This document shows positions 38,019 through 48,357 of a stretch of 64,000 bases of DNA, in pieces (the stretch's first letter is position 1; the number at the start of each line of letters is the position of its first letter). Made by a program: the position numbers and the translations under genes. This stretch comes from a virus (taxonomy: Duplodnaviria > Caudoviricetes). The notes below the pieces were generated by a model, which was given only the letters and a program-made list of their open reading frames with translations, was not told the origin of the DNA and did not search any database. The stretch is from the IMG/VR virus record IMGVR_UViG_3300021091_000011; one strand, written 5' to 3'.

Positions 38019-38384
38019 TTACGCCGATGCGTTGCCGGAACGTGCCCTCTTTAGACGCGCGGCCCACCATCGCAGACGATTTTGCGTGCTCGGCGGGACG
38101 TAAGCGAAGTCGCCATGAAACGGCACCTGTTGACCACCACGGTCGCTATTCCAATGCGCGTCCGCACGCTCGACCGTATCGACGAAGGCTTCCACGTCGA
38201 AAGCCAACGCATCGAAACGAAGCAAGGCGTCGTGATAATGGGCCTCGGCGTCTTTAGCGGCCTGCACCAAACCGACCTTCGCCAAATGATGCCCACCGTC
38301 GCCGTTTAGAACGGCGAGCAGATTCCCAACGGCGGCACGGCCTTCAGGCGTGTTGAGTTCTTCGGCGAGCGTCAAGTCGGGCAT
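38019..38384 (-). CDS. Hypothetical protein
   Basis: 121-aa ORF between recA and the SbcC N-terminal gene. Confidence 0.6.
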   Translation of the reverse strand: MPDLTLAEELNTPEGRAAVGNLLAVLNGDGGHHLAKVGLVQAAKDAEAHYHDALLRFDALAFDVEAFVDTVERADAHWNSDRGGQQVPFHGDFAYVPPSTQNRLRWWAARLKRARSGNASA

Positions 38385-38387
38385 AGG

Positions 38388-40883
38388 TCACTCGTCCAAA
38401 AGACCGCTAACTTCGCCCATGAGGTCGCCTTGCGGCTCGTCCTCACCAACGACGGGCTCGTAATCCTCGTCCTCGACAAACTGCTTGGCCGATTCACCGC
38501 TGCCGAGCACCGGACGAACAATCGAGTCGATCAACTTGAAATCGGCGGCGTTATCGACCATGTGCTGCCGCATTTTCTCAATGCCCTGCAACTTGATCGC
38601 AGAACCATCGGGCTTGGTCCAAGTGAACCAGCCCGCGCCTTGCTTTTTAATGAAGCCGTGCGAGATGGCGATTTCCAGAATCGACCTGATATTATCAACG
38701 CCTTGACCGCCACGCAGGTAGAAGATTTCCTCACGACCCTGCGACCGAGACATCTTGCACTTGACGGCCTTGACCTTGACGACGGAGCCGGAGACTTTAT
38801 CTTCGACCTTGTGCGTCAGGTTGTTCATTTCCTTCGTGTTCTCGTATTGCACGCGACGCAATTCAAGACGAACGCTGGCGTAGAACTTCCAAGCGTTACC
38901 ACCTTGGGGCTTGGTGCTCGGGCCATGCCCCATCTTGCCGATTTCCGCACGGATTTGGCTGATGCCGATGACCGCCGTACCCGAACGCGCGATGATGCGC
39001 TTCAGGTTGGGCAATTCCTGTGACCAAACGGCTTGCACTTCACCGACCTTGCCTTGCTCGGCGGCGTCGTTCAGGTCACGGTCAGTCAAACGCCGTGGGA
39101 TCGCCGCACCCACCGAGTCAAACACGATCAAGTCCACACCAGCGGCGGCGTAAATCAGCGCGTACTTGATACCGTCTTCGAGATTGTCCGGCTGAAGCAA
39201 CTCAAACTTGGTCTCATCGGTGACGGGCACGCCAAGGGCCATGGCGTAATCGGGCACAATGTCGTTTTCCCAATCTATGTAGAGAACCGTGCCGCCCTCA
39301 CGACAAACCTGAGCCGCAGCCGAGAGCGCAATCGAGGTATTGTGCGTCACAAACCCATTAGCGATGAAAGAAGCAGACTTGCTCATTGCAAAATCAAAAG
39401 TCGGCTCTGGATCATTCTCAGTCACCGACTCAACACGATCATAGTAATAGTTTGCGTGTTGGATCTCACGAAGGCGAGCCAAAAGAATACGATCACCACG
39501 ACCCTCTAAAGCCGAGAGAATCAGGTCAAGTCGATTATAAGTGAGTCTTGCACGGGGATTCGGACCCATGTAATCGGCCATCAAATGATGGTCTTCACGA
39601 GTCGTTGACGACAACGACCTGTAAAGGTCCTGAAGTAAGCCACCGACATTGGGGATAGAGTCGTGATTAGTGCCCCCTCCGGATGCAGGTTGACACATGA
39701 AAGTCTCATGCTGTCCCGCACGAGATTTCGAGCGGGTGCCAATCTTACGAATGAACTTACGAGCCTCTTCGCCATCAACCCGCAAGACCCAATAATCATT
39801 GTCGGGGTAAGCGGCGACTTTTTTCTCGCGCAAGATGCTGATGATCCCCAGGCCAAGCAAAACCATCTTTACTTCATCCAAGAGTAAGCGGCTTGCAGAG
39901 GAAACTTCAATACCACTATGATCGACTGAGCACTCGCAATCAAAGTAGCCTTGAAGAAAAGCAATCATGCTTCGATCATCAAAGCATCGAATCTTCCGAC
40001 CAAGATGCTTTTCAGGACTATTACAAGGGACCCAACCAAGGTCCGAATAGAAAGTCTGGACGAATTCCTTGCCGTTGAAGTTATAGCTCACGGACCCAGG
40101 ACTGCGCTCATTTGGGTACGCCAGCGCGGGGATACCCAAAAGAACGGGCATACGGTTTTCGATGAAATGCTTAATGTCAGCGTCATTATTCGTGACGGAC
40201 ACACGAGCGGGGTCCAAGTGGCCGTCTGCCACGATGAGACCAAGCATATATGGCGTGTCAAGGTCCGTAGAGGAACCCTCACCCTTAGCAAACTTTCGAG
40301 ACGTGACGAGATAGTCACCAGGCTCGATCCTGCTAGTGTGCTTCCAACCCCAAAAACCGTTGGGACTCATCACCAGATGTGGGTGGTTTGCCGTACTTCG
40401 AACGGCACTACCTGAAAAAGTCTGGATCTTATACGTTGTTTTCCGATTGTTGTGCGTGAAGTGAGTCGTAGTCTCAACTTCTCCATCACGATTAAAGAGG
40501 GGGAAAGTTTTTTCGGTAGTCTGCGACTTACAAAAAGGTTCGAGCCCTTGACTTGAAAAAATCTCTCCAACCGTGAGAATCCCTTGAGGGGTATGGATGA
40601 GGGTGTCTGCGGGCAGGCATTTACCTGCGCCCTCGTGTCCCCATATCTGACTCACACGGCCACGCGGGAAACCAGGACACGGCGCAACGCCAAACGAATT
40701 CGGGATGCCGCCGATCAAATGATCGACCACAATCGAGCCGGACGAGACGTGAGGGAGTGATTCCTTCATATCGTCGGACGACATCTTGACGCGGATATTC
40801 TCGAACTCGTCCTTGCGCTTATCGAGCGCGAAAGCACGGGCTTTCGCCAATGCACCTACCGGAGTCGCTGATGCTTTAGCCAT
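38388..40883 (-). CDS. recA: RecA recombinase with intein
   Basis: GFPRGRVSQIWGHEGAGK|TS, VFDSVGA, ISQIR and GGNAWKFYASVRLELRR. Confidence 0.95.
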   Translation of the reverse strand: MAKASATPVGALAKARAFALDKRKDEFENIRVKMSSDDMKESLPHVSSGSIVVDHLIGGIPNSFGVAPCPGFPRGRVSQIWGHEGAGKCLPADTLIHTPQGILTVGEIFSSQGLEPFCKSQTTEKTFPLFNRDGEVETTTHFTHNNRKTTYKIQTFSGSAVRSTANHPHLVMSPNGFWGWKHTSRIEPGDYLVTSRKFAKGEGSSTDLDTPYMLGLIVADGHLDPARVSVTNNDADIKHFIENRMPVLLGIPALAYPNERSPGSVSYNFNGKEFVQTFYSDLGWVPCNSPEKHLGRKIRCFDDRSMIAFLQGYFDCECSVDHSGIEVSSASRLLLDEVKMVLLGLGIISILREKKVAAYPDNDYWVLRVDGEEARKFIRKIGTRSKSRAGQHETFMCQPASGGGTNHDSIPNVGGLLQDLYRSLSSTTREDHHLMADYMGPNPRARLTYNRLDLILSALEGRGDRILLARLREIQHANYYYDRVESVTENDPEPTFDFAMSKSASFIANGFVTHNTSIALSAAAQVCREGGTVLYIDWENDIVPDYAMALGVPVTDETKFELLQPDNLEDGIKYALIYAAAGVDLIVFDSVGAAIPRRLTDRDLNDAAEQGKVGEVQAVWSQELPNLKRIIARSGTAVIGISQIRAEIGKMGHGPSTKPQGGNAWKFYASVRLELRRVQYENTKEMNNLTHKVEDKVSGSVVKVKAVKCKMSRSQGREEIFYLRGGQGVDNIRSILEIAISHGFIKKQGAGWFTWTKPDGSAIKLQGIEKMRQHMVDNAADFKLIDSIVRPVLGSGESAKQFVEDEDYEPVVGEDEPQGDLMGEVSGLLDE
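39339..40619 (-). mobile_element. Intein (427 aa) with LAGLIDADG endonuclease, in the RecA Walker A motif
   Basis: Starts CLPADT, ends FIANGFVTHN, +1 residue Thr; LGLIVADG and FLQGYFDCEC endonuclease motifs. Confidence 0.95.
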
Positions 40884-41544
40884 TTTGTTCGTCCTGTTGA
40901 GTCTGTTGTGACCATAGGAAAAAGCGTTCATCCTCGCGGTAAATCACGCCACGCTGGACTTCTTTGCCTGCGTTCTTACCGCGCATGAACTTCTTGATCT
41001 CCGTGAAATACTTGGCTTCCACGGTAGATAAGCCCCCCTCTAGCAACTCTGAAGAAATCAGACGCCAGAAGCGGGCCGAAAGCCGAGCGACCAAATAGGC
41101 GTCGGCCTCATTGTGGTTCCAAGTGGAACCACCTGCGTCTTTAACCGACGCATCCACCATATCCTTCTTGTCCATGACCCAACCTTTCGGGCGGGCAAGG
41201 GACTCGCGGGCATGGGCCTTGACCTGCAAGGGCGACCAGAAAACCACGTCGCAGCGTTCAGTCTTGAGGGCTTCGCACGAGTATAGAAACAACCCGTACA
41301 TCCCCTCCGAAAAAAGATTGTCGAAGACGGGGAATTCTATGCCAACCCTGTCGGGCTTGACTTCTCGAATCAAAGCCCGCAGGGATTCGCGTTGCGCGAT
41401 GTATCGGTCTACGAACGTCATATCTGCTGGCGTCTGGAAGCGTCCCCTGCGCGAGCATCGTGACGTTGAACCTATCGGATGGGAGTCGTCGTGAACTGCC
41501 CAACCGTAGTTTGTAAGCGAGGGGTCAAGCCCTAATACGATCAC
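40876..41544 (-). CDS. ruvC: RuvC-like Holliday junction resolvase
   Basis: VLGLDPSLTNYG, VGIEFP and HNEADAYLVA acidic catalytic motifs; GTG start with GAGG RBS. Confidence 0.85.
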   Translation of the reverse strand: MIVLGLDPSLTNYGWAVHDDSHPIGSTSRCSRRGRFQTPADMTFVDRYIAQRESLRALIREVKPDRVGIEFPVFDNLFSEGMYGLFLYSCEALKTERCDVVFWSPLQVKAHARESLARPKGWVMDKKDMVDASVKDAGGSTWNHNEADAYLVARLSARFWRLISSELLEGGLSTVEAKYFTEIKKFMRGKNAGKEVQRGVIYREDERFFLWSQQTQQDEQNG

Positions 41545-41561
41545 GGCCTGACCCTCGCATA

Positions 41562-42257
41562 TCAAACGAGGTCGTCGAGCAGACCGTCAGCGTCCTTAGA
41601 GACGCGGCTGGAATTCGGAGAGGCAACGTCCATCCCCAACTTCTCACGAATCTCGTCAAGCGAGAGGTCGCGGGCAAGGTCACGACGGATGCCGTTCGCA
41701 ATCGCGTCCACGTCGGCGTAAATGCTCTTGAGAAGAGCCTGCGCGCCCGGCTTCTCGCTCTTGCGAAGCGCGTCCATCACGGACGTATTATCCGGCGTGA
41801 TGGTGATCTTCTTGAACTTGCTGTCGGTGCAAGTGATCTGCACGTCGGTCTTGACCAGCGGGAACTTGTCATTCACGCGGGCCAGAATCTCGTACTTGTC
41901 CGACGAGAAAATCCACGGAAGAACCTCGACGTCCTGCAAGCGGGACATATCAGCGTTGCCCTTATTGTCCGTGGGCCACACCGCAATCACCGTCGCAATC
42001 GCCGTCTTGGGCTTGCCGAACTCCGCGTAGGCCGGACCCTTGTAGAGAAAGTAGCCGACGCCTTCCTTGTAGATACGCTCGCAGTTCGTGAACCGAAGGT
42101 TCTTGCTGAGATTCGGCGTGCCGTCCGCGTTGTATTCCCGATACCAGACGAACGAAACCAAGTAAGTCTTGCCCGCCTCGGGGTCAAACTTCTTGGTCTT
42201 GCGATTCAGAGCCTTGTCGCCATCACCGAAACCGAAATCAACGAAACCGTCACTCAT
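41562..42257 (-). CDS. Probable single-stranded DNA-binding protein
   Basis: Aromatic-rich beta core, acidic tail DADGLLDDLV, and position beside recA/ruvC. Confidence 0.55.
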   Translation of the reverse strand: MSDGFVDFGFGDGDKALNRKTKKFDPEAGKTYLVSFVWYREYNADGTPNLSKNLRFTNCERIYKEGVGYFLYKGPAYAEFGKPKTAIATVIAVWPTDNKGNADMSRLQDVEVLPWIFSSDKYEILARVNDKFPLVKTDVQITCTDSKFKKITITPDNTSVMDALRKSEKPGAQALLKSIYADVDAIANGIRRDLARDLSLDEIREKLGMDVASPNSSRVSKDADGLLDDLV

Positions 42258-42364
42258 CTTCAGACTCCCTATTGGTTGTTACACCCGTTTGTCATGCCGT
42301 TATTGGCGGGACTAGCATCGGGCAAGTAGATATACGCGAAGGGGATTCAGGTCACCCCCCCTAC

Positions 42365-43150
42365 TCAGATAAAATCGAGCAGGTCGTCGATAGATACGTC
42401 TGTGTTCTTCGCGGGCGCGGGTTCCGAAGGATCGACGTCCTCAAGCAGCGCGTCCAAATCCGTCTGATCGCCGGACGTGCCCTTGAAAGCGTCATTGACG
42501 GGCAAAGGCTCAGGCTTCTCAAAGCCCACGGCCTTCGGCTGAATCTTGCCCAAGTCGGATTCGGCCTTGCCCTCAAGCAAATCGTTGATGTCGCGCATGG
42601 TCACCGCGTCAACCGCAGGAGCCGAGTCCAAAATCTGCGCGCTATTGCCCGCTTTAGACCCCCACTTCGCACCCAAGCCGACTTCCTCTTGGCAGAGGCG
42701 AATCTGATCCTTCAGGCGACCTTGCGAATCTTTCAGATCGGTGCGCTTGGACTTGATCACGGTCATCAGGGCTTCCAAATCCTGAATCGTGATCGCAAGG
42801 CGATCTAGTTCTTCACGGCGTTCGCGCATCTTGACGGTCGCAATCGCGTCACGGTCTTTGACGTTGCGGCCCGCACGCACTTCGGGATCGTTCGCCAACA
42901 TATCCTGCATGGCGAGGTCAAAATCGAGTTGCGCGGCGCGATGGGCGCGCTTGTAAAGCTGAAGCCAATGGCTCACGCGCACGAACAATTGCTCGCAGCG
43001 CGTCAAATGATCACGGCTCTCCGCGACCTTGTTGTTCAGCCGCTTGGGACCAAACTCAAGCGGGTCATTGTCGAGCGCGACGTTCATAGATTCGATTTCA
43101 CGAAAAATCGAATCTACGGTGGCTTCGTCTACAAGCGGCAAATCAGTCAT
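42365..43150 (-). CDS. Coiled-coil protein with acidic tail (possible UvsY-like recombination mediator)
   Basis: Long helical region, ends SIDDLLDFI, in the recombination cluster. The UvsY call is inference. Confidence 0.4.
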   Translation of the reverse strand: MTDLPLVDEATVDSIFREIESMNVALDNDPLEFGPKRLNNKVAESRDHLTRCEQLFVRVSHWLQLYKRAHRAAQLDFDLAMQDMLANDPEVRAGRNVKDRDAIATVKMRERREELDRLAITIQDLEALMTVIKSKRTDLKDSQGRLKDQIRLCQEEVGLGAKWGSKAGNSAQILDSAPAVDAVTMRDINDLLEGKAESDLGKIQPKAVGFEKPEPLPVNDAFKGTSGDQTDLDALLEDVDPSEPAPAKNTDVSIDDLLDFI

Positions 43151-43566
43151 TATGCGACCTTTTCGATACGAGGCAGGTTCGCCTTGTCGATGATGTTGGA
43201 CACCTGATTCATGGCCTTTTGCCGGATGCGGGCCACGCGATTGTCAAACTCGCTTTCGGACACCGCACCCTCAAGCATCGCAGCGCGCCATGCTGCGATG
43301 CTTGCTTCCATCGCCAGCACCACGGAAGAAACGCGAGACTCGGTTAGTGTCATACCAGACTTGGCGATTTCGGAACCCTCAACCGTCAAATCGAGATCCG
43401 CGCCCGGTCCACCCGCATCGTCCTGCACCGAATCCCAAGCCGCGCTCATGCCCGCGAAGAAGTCGCCACCCTTGGTCTTGACCGCTCGGGTCGCAACGAC
43501 CTTCGTGACCTTGAGACTACCACGGACCTTATTCAGAATCTCACGAACATCAGAAACGTCGGCCAT
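43150..43566 (-). CDS. Hypothetical protein
   Basis: GGAG RBS before the ATG at 43566; its stop overlaps the next start. Confidence 0.7.
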   Translation of the reverse strand: MADVSDVREILNKVRGSLKVTKVVATRAVKTKGGDFFAGMSAAWDSVQDDAGGPGADLDLTVEGSEIAKSGMTLTESRVSSVVLAMEASIAAWRAAMLEGAVSESEFDNRVARIRQKAMNQVSNIIDKANLPRIEKVA

Positions 43567-43596
43567 GTTCAGCACTCCAAAAGCAGTTGCAAGTGG

Positions 43597-46500
43597 TTAT
43601 ACGCCTTGCGGCGTTTCCCCACCCCCCTTAGCATTTGCTATGCGGAAGGCCAAAAGCGTTTTTCGATGCTCGGCGGCGTCGTTTTGCACGGCTTTCGTAA
43701 CTGCCGACGCTTGGCCCACAATCAAAACCTTTTTTCGAGCGCGTGTAATCGCCGTGTAAAGCAGATTGCGCTGTAACTGCCGCCCGAACGTAGATAGCAA
43801 GGGCAAAACAATCACGTCATACTCTTGACCCTGCGAGTTCCAGCCGGAAAAACCGTTCTGGATAAACCTGTGCGTTTCAGGAACCTCGACGCACATCGAA
43901 GGGCCATAGGCGGGCTTAATACTGACGATCTTTTCGTGGTGATACCGCGTGCGGGCACTCAACGCGGGAAAATGCTGAAGCACCTGCACCGAGGGTGCGG
44001 ATCGATTACGCCCATGACCCAACACGCGGGCTTCATCAACCGTAATAGGTATTAAGTTATCGTTGGGATAATCTACTCGGCGTTTCGCTTGCAAGTGAAT
44101 CGAGTCCGAATGATCAAAACCGATTCGATTAAAGAATCTGTCTAAATCTCGACCACGAATAGCAAGATTTTTATTTTTCATTGAAGTACGCGCGACAATA
44201 CCTTCATCTAAAAGCATCGCACGCAACGCGGCGTTTGCAGAATCGTTCTTTGAACGAACCCAAATGCAATCGAGCAGGCTTTCGCTATCCAACGGATATT
44301 CGTACTTGACCATCGCGGACAAGAAATACCCTCGCAAAAACGCTCGACGAACGGATTTGTTCGACGCAAGTATCAAACGAGGGATTTCATACCCTCGACT
44401 TCGATAGAGTTCTGGAAAGTTTTTCCAGAACCAATCCATGATGAAACGTAAATACATACGAATCAGATACGGACGATTCTCGGCAAGCGTTGATTTAGGA
44501 TGCGTGCCGAATAACCTGTAAAAAACGTCATGGATTTTATTTAGTATCGACCCAACATCGGTTCTATAATGCGAATAAACACGATTATTGTCTTTAGGGT
44601 GCAAGTTGACATAAAAAGTCTTGTGTTTGACTTTCGCAAAAGCAGAAAAAATGCCGATTAGTTCCGCGATTTCTTCATTTAAGAATGGTGGGTATTTTTT
44701 CTTCCCGATTTTCGGCGCGTCTAACGGAAGCAACGTCTTATCATCGGCATAAGACGGCGAAGGGACCAAGTAAAGCCAATCATTCTTGCGAAGTTCCCCC
44801 GCCTCTTTGCGAACGTATCGTCCGTCAACGCGGCTCCAAACGTCGATGCCGTGTTCGGGCGTCATATATAATGTGTAGCCGCTCGTGGTTTGAACCTTGA
44901 GCAGCGGGCCACTTGGGTACTCGGTCTTATTGACGAATGGCCTCACGCCGTCCGGCGTGCCAATATTGCCCGAATCCGGCAAATGCTTGATCTGGTAAAG
45001 CCCGCCATCGTGCCAAGTAATCGTCGAAGGGTGGACGCATTTGTGGACGGTCTGCGCGTAAGCCAAGCGCAACGTCTTAGCCGCGTCAGACATTGGGAAT
45101 CGAACGAGTGCTGACGGCGTGCCCGGAACGCCAAACACATTGGCCTCAATCTCTTTCGCCACACGGTCAATCCGGCGCACGGTGCCCACGTCGCCGTTGT
45201 AGACACCCTTCTGGTAATCGTTCTTGACGACCATGATTCGGTCGCCCTCGCGCACAACGGAAGTGCCGATCTTCGTCTCGCTCATGCCCGACATCGGAGG
45301 GTTTAACTGCGAACGAATACGGTCATTGAGCACCGTCACGCCCGCATCGCCCGAATGACGTGGCGACAAGACTTGAAAGTTCGACCGCTTCTCGTAAAGC
45401 GCCTGCGTCAACCGCAGGATAATCTCAGACGCCTCGGTCTCCGTGCTGGCAGGCACGATCACGAAATCACGCCCATCGGATTCCGGAGTCCGGCCTTTAT
45501 GAACGGCGTGCGCCGCAAGCACGATGCCGTTTGTGTCCTCTTGCCGAAAGATGCGATCCAAATGCGTGTGCGGAAACGACTTGCTCTCAACCAAGTCGCC
45601 CAACACATCACCCGCGCCCACCGAAGGCAATTGATAAGGGTCGCCGACGAACACCATTCGGCAATCTAGTTTGGTGCCGGACAAGACTCGATGGAGCATA
45701 TTCAGGTCCACCATCGAAGTCTCGTCAACAATCACCACGCTGGCCGGATGCGGATTTCCAGGTCCATACCCCCACGTTTCGTCCGTAGGGCTGTTCACCG
45801 TTTTCTTCGTGTCCGTGTCACCCACGAAACCCTCGTAGGCGACCTCACGATCATCCGACTCGCCGTATTTGCCCTTTGCTCCAAAAGCGCGATGAATCGT
45901 AAAAGCGGGCGCATTGACGACATTGGCGAGCCGTTTGGCCGCGATGCCCGTCGGGGCTACGAGCAAGAAACTAATGCCCGTGTCTTTAAGCAAGGTCACG
46001 ACGGCGCGCAAAGCCGTGGTTTTGCCTGTTCCGGGCAAGCCCGTGATCAAGCAGACGTTGTCGGTCAATGCCGAAAGAGCGGCGTTGAGTTGATCCTCGG
46101 TCAGCGTGATACCAGAACCCAATGACCAATCGGCCAATGCCGACTTGACGATGGTTTTGTGGTCCGCACCTGATTCTACGGAAGCCTGCGCCTGCGGCCC
46201 CACGCGAGCGAAAAGCGGGCTGTAATCCTGCGAAGGCTTGGTCTGCAAACGGCTCACTAAAGTCGTCGCGCACGTTTGTTCCAAGTCGTAAATCGTCGGA
46301 TCGTAAAGTGCGACGGTGCCCGCTTTCGTGTTTCGGTCTAGTACCAGCGCGTTTGACCTAACGAGGTCTTTCACGGCTTGGGCAACCGCAGCGTCATTCG
46401 CATTTGGAACCAGAGTAAGGACGTTCGATAGGACGTCGCTCATCGTAGAATACAAATGCCCTTCGGACGCCGTGTTGTTCATAGTCGCCAAAACCGCGCC

Positions 46501-47124
46501 ACACATACGACTTGGCGAGTCCAATGGCACGCCGAGCCTGCGAGCGATTTCGTCTGCCTGCGCGAAGGTGATGCCGTCCACTTGCACGAGTGCCCAAGGG
46601 TCTTTCGTGACGATGGTTTCAACGTCGGTGGAGTATTTCTTCCAGACGCGCTCGATCATCGCGTTGGGCACTCCGGCCTGAGCGAGAAAAGCGGCGGCGT
46701 ACAAATGCGCCTTCGCCGCCTTCCAACGCTCACCAACGTAAGCAAGTTCAGGCGGTAAACCTTCACCCTCTAACACGGACAAAAGGGATTGGTTGCCTGC
46801 GTGCCCCATCAAATGCACCCGCACGCCAGGCCCAATGCCCTGCGCGGATAGAATCGAAAGCACACGGTCATTCGACCAATGCTCGGGAACGACCGGACTT
46901 CGCTCTACGGCGATCTGACGTCCATAGGTCGGGTGAACCGTGTAACGTCCCTCAAAGCAAACCCAAGTACCCGGCACAATCGCCTGACCTGAGAAATGCC
47001 CTTTGGCCGTGACTTGACCACCGGAGTCGTCAAGGCTGATTTTTACGATTCGGAAACCAGCACCGTCATCGTAAGTGACGGTGCTGATGCGTCCCGAAAA
47101 GACCTGTAAAGTAGAGTCCGACAT
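43597..47124 (-). CDS. recD2: RecD2-like SF1B helicase with intein
   Basis: HhH region ITFAQADEIA, Walker A TGLPGTGKTT, VDETSMV, VGDPYQLPSVG, YAQTVHK|SQGQEY and LLYTAITRAR. Confidence 0.93.
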   Translation of the reverse strand: MSDSTLQVFSGRISTVTYDDGAGFRIVKISLDDSGGQVTAKGHFSGQAIVPGTWVCFEGRYTVHPTYGRQIAVERSPVVPEHWSNDRVLSILSAQGIGPGVRVHLMGHAGNQSLLSVLEGEGLPPELAYVGERWKAAKAHLYAAAFLAQAGVPNAMIERVWKKYSTDVETIVTKDPWALVQVDGITFAQADEIARRLGVPLDSPSRMCGAVLATMNNTASEGHLYSTMSDVLSNVLTLVPNANDAAVAQAVKDLVRSNALVLDRNTKAGTVALYDPTIYDLEQTCATTLVSRLQTKPSQDYSPLFARVGPQAQASVESGADHKTIVKSALADWSLGSGITLTEDQLNAALSALTDNVCLITGLPGTGKTTALRAVVTLLKDTGISFLLVAPTGIAAKRLANVVNAPAFTIHRAFGAKGKYGESDDREVAYEGFVGDTDTKKTVNSPTDETWGYGPGNPHPASVVIVDETSMVDLNMLHRVLSGTKLDCRMVFVGDPYQLPSVGAGDVLGDLVESKSFPHTHLDRIFRQEDTNGIVLAAHAVHKGRTPESDGRDFVIVPASTETEASEIILRLTQALYEKRSNFQVLSPRHSGDAGVTVLNDRIRSQLNPPMSGMSETKIGTSVVREGDRIMVVKNDYQKGVYNGDVGTVRRIDRVAKEIEANVFGVPGTPSALVRFPMSDAAKTLRLAYAQTVHKCVHPSTITWHDGGLYQIKHLPDSGNIGTPDGVRPFVNKTEYPSGPLLKVQTTSGYTLYMTPEHGIDVWSRVDGRYVRKEAGELRKNDWLYLVPSPSYADDKTLLPLDAPKIGKKKYPPFLNEEIAELIGIFSAFAKVKHKTFYVNLHPKDNNRVYSHYRTDVGSILNKIHDVFYRLFGTHPKSTLAENRPYLIRMYLRFIMDWFWKNFPELYRSRGYEIPRLILASNKSVRRAFLRGYFLSAMVKYEYPLDSESLLDCIWVRSKNDSANAALRAMLLDEGIVARTSMKNKNLAIRGRDLDRFFNRIGFDHSDSIHLQAKRRVDYPNDNLIPITVDEARVLGHGRNRSAPSVQVLQHFPALSARTRYHHEKIVSIKPAYGPSMCVEVPETHRFIQNGFSGWNSQGQEYDVIVLPLLSTFGRQLQRNLLYTAITRARKKVLIVGQASAVTKAVQNDAAEHRKTLLAFRIANAKGGGETPQGV
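43837..45039 (-). mobile_element. Intein (401 aa) with degenerate LAGLIDADG domain, in RecD2 TVHK|SQG
   Basis: Starts CVHPST, ends FIQNGFSGWN, +1 residue Ser; endonuclease motifs read ELIGIFSAFA and FLRGYFLSAM; the segment is visibly AT-richer. Confidence 0.9.
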
Positions 47125-47165
47125 AAGTCGGACTTACACTTATTTCAGGATAAAGTCGCCCCCGA

Positions 47166-48326
47166 TTAGCGGGTCGCAGCGTATCGAGCCGCAACGCGCT
47201 TCGCGCTCGCAATCAAACGGCGGGAAGCGCGACGGCGAATGTCCGATTGATACGTCCGCGCGATGTCCGTCTTGGACTCCAAGATGCGTTGGACACTAGA
47301 AGAAGCAAGGGCCTGCTTAATATCGTTGGCGACGGTTTCGCGGAAAACCTTGGCGATATAGGGGACCGCCTTCTGCAAGCCCGAAAGTGCGTTCACCGCG
47401 CTGCCGAGTTCGTTTTGCTTGATGCTGAAGTTATAAGCCTCGTCAACGTCCGTCACTAAATCAGGATTGCTCTGGATCGCCGTCCAAATCGCAATCTCGA
47501 TATCACGTCGAACATCGGCGTCCGTGTTTCCATGGACGCGATCCGCACGGGCCTCGATTCGGCCAATGACGGCGTTATTCAACGCCTTCTGAACATCACG
47601 GTCGCTCATCGCGCCCAAGAAGTCGAATGATTGATCTTCGACCGACGAGTAAGCGTCACCAACCGTGACGATATCGCCGTCGTCCGTCGCGCCAGCAGAG
47701 GTGTCGATATCGACGAGACTCACGTTCTGCTCACCACGGAAAATGTCCGTCATGTAGTTAATGAGCGTTTTACGCGCGTAGGCGTCGACCTGAATCTCAA
47801 GAGAGTTTGAGCCCGTGCGCGCTTTTTCCGCGAACTCGTGCCCGATGAACCAATAGAAAGGGCGTCCTCTAGTACGAGCAAGCGAATCGCCCGTGAGCGG
47901 GTTCAAGCCCATGATGAGCGACTGCATGAGGTCATAAGGCTCAATGCGGGAGGCCCGAAACTTCGTCCGCTTAAGAGCGTTGACCGCCGTTTGATAGGGC
48001 TTGTTCTCGGGACCAAAGAAACTGAGCAACTCGTCAACCGAGTATTTCTCCAAGAGCGGGTCCACGAGCGGGTCCGAACCGCCGCTCTCTAAAGTCTGAA
48101 CCACTTTGCTCAAAACCGAAGCCGCACGGTTCGCCAAAGTGTTCGGCTGCTTGCCCAAGAAACCCTCAAGAAACGAAATCTTGAGAAACTTGTTCATCAA
48201 AGGGGCTACAGCCCGAAGTTCTGACAAGTCATCTTTGCTCGCAGTACGAACAAAAGCAAGTCGAAGGAACGGATGGGCAAGCATCGCACGACGAACAATA
48301 GGGTGCAGCATCGGGAGAAACCTCAT
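47166..48326 (-). CDS. Hypothetical late protein with weak sigma region-2-like segment
   Basis: PYDLMQSLI...YARKTLINYMTDIFR; ends ASAKRVAARYAATR; late-type promoter at 48358-48372. Confidence 0.6.
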   Translation of the reverse strand: MRFLPMLHPIVRRAMLAHPFLRLAFVRTASKDDLSELRAVAPLMNKFLKISFLEGFLGKQPNTLANRAASVLSKVVQTLESGGSDPLVDPLLEKYSVDELLSFFGPENKPYQTAVNALKRTKFRASRIEPYDLMQSLIMGLNPLTGDSLARTRGRPFYWFIGHEFAEKARTGSNSLEIQVDAYARKTLINYMTDIFRGEQNVSLVDIDTSAGATDDGDIVTVGDAYSSVEDQSFDFLGAMSDRDVQKALNNAVIGRIEARADRVHGNTDADVRRDIEIAIWTAIQSNPDLVTDVDEAYNFSIKQNELGSAVNALSGLQKAVPYIAKVFRETVANDIKQALASSSVQRILESKTDIARTYQSDIRRRASRRLIASAKRVAARYAATR

Positions 48327-48357
48327 TCGGGATAACGTGACCTACGCTGGAAAAATC

